A DNA stretch of 64,000 bases from the human T2T-CHM13v2.0 reference genome, Homo sapiens. Made by a program: the position numbers and the translations under genes. The notes below the pieces were generated by a model. That model did no database searches and was not told where the DNA came from. It worked only from the letters and a program-made list of their open reading frames with translations. The DNA lies in assembly GCF_009914755.1 (NCBI RefSeq), contig NC_060932.1; one strand, given 5' to 3'. This document shows positions 55,552-64,000 of the stretch, in pieces (positions within the stretch are counted from its first letter, which is position 1; each line of letters opens with the position of its first letter).

Positions 55552-55791
55552 ATAGTTATCCCTTGGTTTGGGTGGGATGATGCGTTTTTCCAAGTGTACC
55601 ACAATTCGTGCATGCTCAAGTCCTGTAGCTGGCTCTCTGGAACTCATGTATATGCAAAGTTGGCCCTCTGTATATGTGGGTTTTGCATGTCATGAATACT
55701 GTATTTTCCATTTTCACTTGGTTAAAATAAAAATCTGGGTATAAGTGGACCTGCACGGTTCAAACCCATGTTGTTCAAGTGTCCGTTCTGT
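55552..55791. mobile_element. MER8 (Tigger2-derived) DNA transposon
   Basis: ctcaagtcctgtag.tggc.ctctggaactcatgtatatg...ataagtggacctgcacggttcaaacccatgttgttcaag. Confidence 0.85.
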
Positions 55792-56655
55792 AAGATATTA
55801 AATGGCACGCAGAAGTGTGGGGGTGTGATGAAGGAACAGATGGGCTGAGTTTCCAGAAACAACTTCAAAAGTCTCAGCATAGATCTGGGTTTCCAGGTGA
55901 GCTCCAGACTCTCCGCTGCCAGAGCGTCTGCTAAGGTGGGGAGCCGGCATACCGCTCCCAGCTCCAGAACCACACGTTTGTCTTGAAGGTCACAACATCA
56001 CATAACCCAGGTATGAATGAAGAGTGGAAGGAAAGCATGCAGTCTCTAATGAGGTCTGAGAATATAGGTTTTTTTCTCTCCACCCTTTGCTTAAAAGAAA
56101 GAAACGGGAGTGTGGATGTGAGGTCATGGAGCATCCACCACAGTCCTGTGGCTGTTTAACAACCAGAAATGTTTTTCTTACTCATCCTGAAGGAAATACA
56201 GCACTATCTCACTCTTCCCTAAAAATTAAAAGTTAATATTATTAATAAGAAGAGACTCATTCTCACAAAGAAAAGAGCCCAGATCCCGTCAATCCCTGTG
56301 TCAGTCTCAGCAGTATCCTTTGTCTTCTGTTTCTGCCTGGCTGTTATGAAATCTATGCAGCTAACCACTAACAACATTTATCATATCCTGTTATATAGAA
56401 AAGTGAGAAGAAAACAATAAATTTTTATTTTCCACAATTATTTGAGGCCATTGTTGTTATTTATAACTTTATTCACTGTTTATTCTGTATTCTTTTTCCC
56501 ATAAGCAAATGGATAATTCACTTGGATGAATTCTTTACATGAATGATTCAAAACTTCATTCTTACAGCCTCAACCCAAGGCAATACTGGTTGTATTGTGT
56601 TGCTGTCATTATCCATTAATTTTCAATATTGGATTTCATACCCAAGAGGATAGCC

Positions 56656-56850
56656 TGTGTTACAGATAGAACTGTGTTTCCCAAAAGATATGCTGAAGTT
56701 CTTAAACACACCCTGGGCTTGTGAATGTGAAATTCACATTCACAGTATGTGGAAATAGGGTATTTGCAGATGAAATCTGTAACGATGAGGTTACACTGGA
56801 TTAAGGTGTGAACTTGTCCAGTGGCTAGTGTCCTTATAAGAAGAAAAGCA
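56656..56850 (+). mobile_element. MLT1B/C MaLR LTR 5' portion
   Basis: aactgtgtttcccaaaagatatgctgaagt...ggaaatagggtatttgcagatg...gatgaggttacactggatta...gtgtccttataagaaga. Confidence 0.85.
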
Positions 56851-56859
56851 GAACAATGT

Positions 56860-58600
56860 CAGCAGGAAGTTGCAATGGAAGACCTCATCATTATTCCTCC
56901 CAACAAAAGTACAACTAGCAACTACCAAAAGACAAGACTGTCACGCTGAATTCACCAGAACATGCAGAAGAAGCAAAAAAAAAAATCCTGGTTCTGGAGA
57001 AATTGGAAAAGCCATAACCAGTAAGAAGAATGGTCATTTTAGATCATGCCACTTCCTCCTCCAAGCTGGCCACATCCCTAGATCCATGGCCTCTGAGGTG
57101 GAAGGAGGGAATGGGAAGTGCACTTTTGATCTGCCCACCCTTGTCTGGGAAACTTCACAGAAAGCGTGTTCTGGTCCCATTCCATGGGAGCCTCAGTAAG
57201 GCCTAAACCACTGGGTGGGAAGACCTGGAGACGAGAGTGGGTGGTACAATCACAGCAGATGGCATGCAGATCGGGGCAGCTGCCCTGCTCATGATTACCA
57301 TGGGAGCCATGCTGAGGAGACTGGCCAGCTCCACAGAGGAGCAGGGGATGAGCCCTGGGAAACTGCGAATCCCTGCCCAGATTTCCCACACAGCTCATCC
57401 TGTTTGGAGCCCTCCCCTCACCCAGAAACAACTAAGAGGTCAGCAATTAAGTTCCAGTGCTCACTTAAGTGTTTGCCAGGTGAGGAAATCACTGCATGTG
57501 TGCTGTTAAGTTCCAGTGCGGCATTTAAGTTCTGGTATTTACAATAAGCCTTCTCCAGACTGGGAAACAATCCAAGATCCAAGAAAATCAGAGAACACCA
57601 ATGAGGATAAATACCAAAAATTCTACCTAGGCATAACATGTTCAAAGTGCAGAAAACCAAAGACAAACAGAAAATCTTCAAAGAAGTTAGGGAAAGAAAA
57701 GACACCTTATGTACAGAGGAATGAGAATAAAAATTTCATGGGACCACGCTTTAGAGACCACGCAAGCGAGAAGAGAGTGGAAGAAAATAATTAAAGTATT
57801 AAAAGGAAAACACGGAAACAACAATTTAGAATTCTGTATCCTGTGATATTACAAGATGAGGAAACTTACAACTCTAATAATACAAATCAAATAAGATCTA
57901 AGGACACTACATGTTGATGGATAGGAAGGCTCAATATTTTTATTTGTCCATTTGTTTCAATATAATCTATAGATTCCATTTAATCTCAATCAACATCCCT
58001 GCAAGTTATTTTGTGGATAGGGACAAACTGATTCTAACCTGTATATGGAAAGGCAAAAGATCCAAGATAGCCAACACGTCATATAAAAAAAGCAAGAAGA
58101 CGAGAAGAAGAAAAGGCACCGCTCAAAGGCAACACTTTCTGTAAAACTGCAGTAATCAAGGAAGTGTGGTATTGAGGAAAGCATAGACAAATACATTAGT
58201 GAGACTCACATAGAGCCCCGATATAGATACAGAGCAGGTCAGTACAGTCAACTGATCTTTGACAAAGGAGAAAAATCAATACAATGGCAGAAATATAGCA
58301 TTTTCAACAACTGATGCTGGAACAACTGGACATCTATGTACAAAAAGAAAAGAATCTAGACTCAGCCACTATATCTGTCATAAAAGTAACTTAAATAAAT
58401 CTTAGGCGTAATGTAAAATGCAAAGCTGTAACATTTCTAGAAGATAAAATAGGAGAAAATCTAGATGGTGTTACATTTGACATTGTCTTTTAAGATGTGA
58501 TACCAAAATCGCAATCCATTAATAAGTTGGACTTCATTAAAATGAAAAACTTCTCTGTTAAAGGTATTGTTAAGAAAAACAGCAAGACAAGTCATAGGCT
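56860..58600 (+). mobile_element. L1M fragments (5' UTR-like, ORF1 C-terminus, ORF2 3' part)
   Basis: ccaagaaaatcagagaacacca...ctacctaggcata...agacaaacagaaaatctt (ORF1). gcaagttattttgtggata...caactgatctttgacaaaggag (ORF2). Confidence 0.8.
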
Positions 58601-58601
58601 T

Positions 58602-58740
58602 TGTATTGCTCAGTGTTCTCCAGAGAGACAGAACCAATATGTGTGTGTGTGTGTGTGTGTCTGTGTATACACACACACATATGTATATATGGGATGTATA
58701 TATGTATCATATATATGTATATATATGATATATATACATG
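58602..58740 (-). mobile_element. MLT2-type (ERV-L) LTR 3' end with TG/TA microsatellite
   Basis: tgtattgctcagtgttctccagagagacagaaccaata followed by (TG)/(TA) runs, typical of reverse MLT2 ends. Confidence 0.85.
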
Positions 58741-58896
58741 AATGTGCTACCTTTACAAGAACAGATGGACATAGTATCTGGTTCTCTGTGGCTATTGAGT
58801 TGGCAAATGCATTCTTTCAATCCCCATAAGCAGGAAGATCAAAAGCAGCTCAAAGTTACTTGATATATATGTGTATGCACCTGATATATATGTGTA

Positions 58897-60300
58897 TTGC
58901 CAAGTCAATAGCCACATTCAGAGAACCAGAGACTATGTTCTTCTGTTCTTGTAAAGGTAGCACGTTTGGCACAGTAGCTGTGATTTCACCTGCCACTTGG
59001 CATATTTATGGTTGTTTACATTCATCTATCAAAAATCAGCTGAATTTTGCAAATACTGCACTGGTACATGCCACTAGGAACCATATTAACCTTGGATTTT
59101 TTAAGCCTTTAAGTATGATGTTAATCTCTGGTATTCCACATAAAATATGATATTGCTGCCAATTAATTATCTTGGCTAAGAAGAGCAGTTGTAGGGGTTT
59201 CATTGTGGCTTTTACTGCCAAAAAGACACTTATTTAACATGGCAGGGACCCAATGTAAAGGTTCTTCTGATTGATAACTACATCTGCCCCAAGTTTACAT
59301 TCAGAGGCCAAGGTGATGTCTATAGGATGGGCTAAAATACCAGCTGGGCCCATTGTGAGATAAACTCAAGTCAGAATTTTATTTATGTCTAGTTCATGTA
59401 GCCCCACATTAATTGGGGTTATGATGAAGTTTTCGGTCCTCTGTTGTCAATATCAGTTCAGATCGTTTATTAAATGCTCTCAACAGAGTTGGATAGATTC
59501 TATCTCCTCACTGAACAATTACTTTAACAAATGATCATCGGCTCATTTGGGGAAAGACTGGAGTTACAGTACTTTCTATTCTTGCTGTGCCATTTCAGGA
59601 TCTATAGGGCCAAGCCTCTCCTTCAATGGACTGGTTCCAGGTCATAGAACTAGCTCAGTTCCTGAAAGTGGATAAAATATTGGTGCTTTCTATTATAATG
59701 GCTGGCATCAGCATTCTATGTAGCAGATTTTGATGATTGTTTGCTTGTATACCTTAAACTATATTCTTGTTGACTGCCTACCCTGTTTTTCTTCTAGTGG
59801 CACCTCAATCAGTCATCACCAGCAATAAGAAAGGTAAAGAGGAGGGTTAGGATTCTTGAAAAGACAAATACATCTTTTAAGACATTCTGTCCAGGTGAGA
59901 CGTTTAAATAATCTACAGGAAATTGAAACCTGCTTTACTCTTGTAAATGGAAGGGAACCACTTCCATCAGTATGGAGTGTGGGGACATCTAGGAACTTAA
60001 ACTTCAAAAGGAAACATATTCATCACAATGCCCCAATCCCAAATCTCAAGGCCCCACAACTTTCCTATCTGGGCCCTGACTTTAGCTCAGTACCGTGACA
60101 GTGTTGTTAAGTCCACCTTGTTCATAAGTCTGCCACCTTTAAAGTGAAATCTTCACTCAATCTGACCTCTGGTTGCCAAGGCACTAACAGAGAAATTGTT
60201 TGACTTTCACAGTATTCCTTAAGTTGAAAGTTGGCTGATCTAAAACAAGTATGCTTTTCAATCGGTATTTCTATGGCCACTAACAACAATTATCTTCTGT
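58897..60300 (-). pseudogene. ERV-L internal remnant A (gag-pro-RT N-terminus)
   Basis: Minus strand reads AKVRAQIGKLW..EIWD (~60022-60087), FQELS*FYDLEPVH*RRG (59614-59667, gag end), protease-like ..SELIL..ED, and KPLQLLFLAKIINWQQYHILCGIPEI (ORF 59036-59221), matching HERV-L Gag/Pol. Confidence 0.85.
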
Positions 60301-60499
60301 ATAGTAACGTTTCTCAATCTGTGTAGTAACTCTTACTCCCATATTTCAAATGTCAATGCTGTTGCATAAATCAACACATCATCTTACACATCTACCATTT
60401 ATCAATTATCTCACATAGATGATCATCTTAATAATTGTGATGCTTTATCATGCTAGGGTTATCATCAATACATTTATCACAAGCAACAAGCTCTGTGTT

Positions 60500-60867
60500 G
60501 CTCTAGGATTCTGAAGAATTGATAGAGGAATGGGAAAATTTTACAGAAATAAGAAAGTCGCTAATACAGGTTAGGCTTTTGCCATCCTGCTGTGGATCAC
60601 TGGACACTGCAAAACATCACTTAGAGTCATCCCAGAAGAGATGTGAAAACAAGGGTGTGTATAAACCGACTTCTGCCCATTATTCTTTGAAAGCTTCCCT
60701 AGGTGAAAATAATTCTCGCTGCTTCCAACCTGATGGCAATTAAGAATTCTTCAACTAGAGAATAACCTCAGGCATAAACTTTTTGGTGCTTGCAATAGAA
60801 AAGCATCAGCATGATTAGAAATTGTGTGTGGAGATGACCTGCCCGGTTACTGACAACGTCTGCTACA
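60500..60867 (-). mobile_element. LTR33-like ERVL LTR
   Basis: Ends actgacaacgtctgctaca, the reverse of the TGTAGCAGACG... LTR33 start. Confidence 0.65.
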
Positions 60868-63300
60868 GGGTACAAGATCAGTGACTGATGTTTCATTTCA
60901 GACTGGATTGCTTCACGTGCACAATAAAAATAAATTCCCAGAAATTTTTACTGAAGATGTAGGCAGGTTATCTTTCAACCTATAGTGCACATTTGGCTTT
61001 TTAAGGAATCCAAGATACCTTTTATTTGTCATTTACCAGATACTTGAGGCCATCAATGTTGTGGACCAGGATGAATCTTTTGAGAAATTCACAATATTAA
61101 GATCCCTAGGTATTGAATGTGGACATAGATCTGGAGTGTTGACATATATCTAAAACAAACAAGAGAACGTATACTACTGGCCCAGCCAGGTGAAATAAAT
61201 CTACTTCCTGGATTTTATGCATATTTGGATAGAGGAAAAAAAAAGCACCTGTTCCATCCATAGCCATGTATCAGAGGTCAAGGCTTCTGTTAACTTACTC
61301 CTGTGGGGAGAAAACCGAACATATTTAAAAGAGCACCTGTAGTACACATCACCAGTGGATTAACTTTATAATAATGATTTCTCATTATTAAAGACTATTT
61401 TTTAAGAAAAAGGCAAACATGAATTAATGGAAATGTAATAGGATTCATCACCCTTGCATCTTTAAGTTCTTTGATGAGGCACTAATCCTTGAAAATCCCC
61501 CAGAGATGTGACAATTCTTTGAACGTAGCTATTTTTAAAAGGAGCTACAGTCTGGGGATTTCTTCTTCCTCATACATTTGCTAATAGTTCTCACTCAGGT
61601 TTCATGTAGCTAATGCCAGAACCTGCCACTGAAAAAAAAAAGTCTCTTTCAACTATACCTCAAGGAACTTGAAAATTAATTGCAATATGAAATTTAGGTT
61701 TGTGAATCTTCTTGATCTACTGTTAGATGGACCCATGCCAAATTTTACTTTTTGAAACTAATCTCCACAAGGCCATACGTTAAGCAAATGGTCACAATTT
61801 TATACTAGATTCTCAGAAATTAGTATTAGCTCTGAGCCAGTGCTGATAATCTTTAAAAGGATTGCATATTAACGTTTCTTCAGGTCATTGATTATTTTTA
61901 TAAATAGCTTCAGTTACCCTTAGAGAAGATTTGGAAGACAACTTACCACAGAAATGTGTGGTAATAAACAAGATTATTCAAATATTTCAAGGTTTCCGTT
62001 CACTCAGAAGTCTCAGGGACTGTCAAACATCTCAGTTCTTGGATATAGGTCAGCATTGAAGAGCTATGATTCTCCATCATGGTGTTTTCAATCAGGACTT
62101 CCTTCATTACACCTGGACGTTTACGTTTCCCCATTATACAGTTCACGTATCTTCTTAGTGATCTGCTATGTACTTCAGATGTAGAGACTCCATGATAAAC
62201 CAGCCACCAACAAACACCCTCCACAGTCATCTCCTGTTCTGTTAGGATAACGACACTAATGGTTCACACTACCGCCTTGTCTCTATTACTCTGGAATTTC
62301 ATCATCTTCAGTATTATAATAGAAGAATCTCTCATCTAATTACTGTGAGAAGACATTTCATATAGAATCGTCGTTATTTTTAACAGTTTTTAGTGATGTG
62401 TTTCTCAGTACCTTGATGAAGGGCATGTTCTGTTTCCTCTAAAGGTATATAGTTCAGAAGTTGGTAAACAGGTAACGCATGATAAATGAAATCTTATATA
62501 TCACTAAGCATATGCACTTGTTCTTCTGCATATGAAGACATCTCTGTCATCTCAAACTCATTAAGGCATGTTGAACTGATCATATAAATAGCAGCACTGT
62601 TCTCATTTGGTCAAAGTAAAATGTTAAATTTAGGATCTTGGTCAATCGCGCAATGCTAGTAACTTAAGCCATGTCTAAAATTATGTTTCTCCTTCTTTTG
62701 CGTGTGCAGCCATAATCCATTCTTATATATATTCCATAAATGTCTATGAAAAGACATTAGCAAAGACTTGAAATTTGTTGATGCACATTCTTTTTTATTC
62801 CAGGTTAGATTTTCTCTTTGCCCCCACTGTGAATGCTGGGATCTATCTCTAGTTATAAATTTAAAGAAAATGAGAGTAGCAGAGGAATCATTGCAAGCAA
62901 TGAACATAAATTGTGTGAGGTGACCACATTCTTCATTTAGAGATGATGTAGGAATTACTTTCTAGTTGGAACCTGACAAGGGGACTCAACGCTGTTTTAA
63001 CAATTTCTACAGCTGATTCTGATACATGCTGTTTGAAAACTACTTCTTGAAAGCCCTGAGCCTCAAATGCGGTCTCACATTGGATTCAACTAGGCAGTTA
63101 AAAAAAATACTCATAGATCTCAGCCCCAGAGTTTTAAATGTAATTGATAGTGAGGCTGACCTGATCTGGACATCAAGAGTTTGAATGGCTTTCTGGGCGA
63201 TTTCAACTTGCAAAAAAATGTGAAAACCTCTGCTATGGAGTTCAGTGGGGCTGTTTGTTTGTTGGTTACTCATTTTTTTTCACTTCTTTGCTGATAGGAG
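60868..63300 (-). pseudogene. ERV-L-class internal remnant B (gag-pro-RT)
   Basis: Minus strand reads EYI*EWI/RNIILD (~62670-62740), WWLVYHGVSTSEV...QELRCLTVPETSE* (ORF 62000-62230, gag end), FTWLGQ*YTF (61165-61194) and LVHNIDGL (61046-61069, degenerate YIDD motif). Confidence 0.8.
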
Positions 63301-63880
63301 TAAAAAATAATGAAATATCTCAAATAAAGGAGAATTTTTTATAGCACCTATACAATGAAACAAAGACAAATCAAACACCTTGAGCTTCTACTGGACAAAA
63401 ATAGCATTAGAACAGTTTCTAATGGATACTGACTGTGGAGGAGATTTCAGAGAAGGACACAGTTCTAGGAAGCACAGCTGCAGTACTGCGTAGATGTTTT
63501 TCTTATGCCATGATTAATTCATTTTTGCCGTTCCCCCTGGCTGTGTTCCATTCTCCCTTATTCTGAGTTATCTTCCTTACTGTCTACCTTTTATATGTTT
63601 TCTTTGCCTCACAGTTTATTTCTACGATTCATCATATCAGCGATTTACTATGGCTCCCTCTCTGTTTTAGTTTCTGAACTTAACCGTCCTATTTGATTTC
63701 TGTTTCTCTCTTCAAACTCCCACATGACGGGATCCATCCGATTAGGCTAGTTTGTCGTTTCGTACAAGATCAATCATTGGTCACTGATATTTCTGTATAT
63801 TAACTGTCCTTGCATCAGATTCATACCCTTCTTCTTGGTGTGTTTTGTGGAGGACTAGAATGTATGATTTAAAATATGGC

Positions 63881-64000
63881 TGATATGGTTTAGCTTTGCG
63901 TCCCCATCCAAATCTCATCTTGCCCCAGGCATTAAGGGAGGAACCTGGTAGAAATGATTGGACTATGGGGGCGGTTTCCCTCATGCTGTTCTCATGAGAG
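63881..64000 (+). mobile_element. THE1/MST MaLR LTR, runs off the window end
   Basis: tgatatggtttagctttgcgtccccatccaaatctcatcttg...catgctgttctcatg. Confidence 0.9.

Noticed and set aside
57445-57540. Repeated ttaagttccagtgc motifs
   Set aside because: They lie within an L1M 5' UTR-like segment where short tandem motifs are commonly part of the element.

Overview
Primate (human-like) genomic DNA, AT-rich, intergenic or deep intronic, and dominated by transposable elements. I find no intact protein-coding gene, RNA gene or CRISPR array. The listed ORFs are short and mostly overlap Alu, L1, LTR or simple repeats. The window holds about 14 Alus (J and S types), several old L1M fragments, an end-to-end but internally deleted L1PA15/16-like element, a 5'-inverted L1PA13-like element, MaLR/ERVL/ERV1 LTRs and Tigger/Charlie DNA transposons. 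The most interesting structures are: (1) a decayed ~7.5 kb class III (ERVL-like) provirus at 17343-24820 with two related LTRs and pro/RNaseH/IN remnants, plus a gamma-type env remnant; (2) two co-oriented ERV-L gag-pro-pol remnants at 58.9-63.3 kb, one ending in a fold-back inversion that creates a ~66-bp-arm inverted repeat; (3) a ~42-bp minisatellite with a 168-bp higher-order repeat and an inverted leading unit; (4) a MIR whose Pol III A-box head is tandemly amplified about 7 times; (5) recurring short fold-back or template-switch scars across the window; (6) a repeat-free, CpG-retaining candidate enhancer at ~30.5-31.0 kb. I cannot support a genuinely new biological system from sequence alone. 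Repeat family names come from recalled consensus sequences and should be confirmed with RepeatMasker/Dfam. Boundaries of old repeats are approximate.
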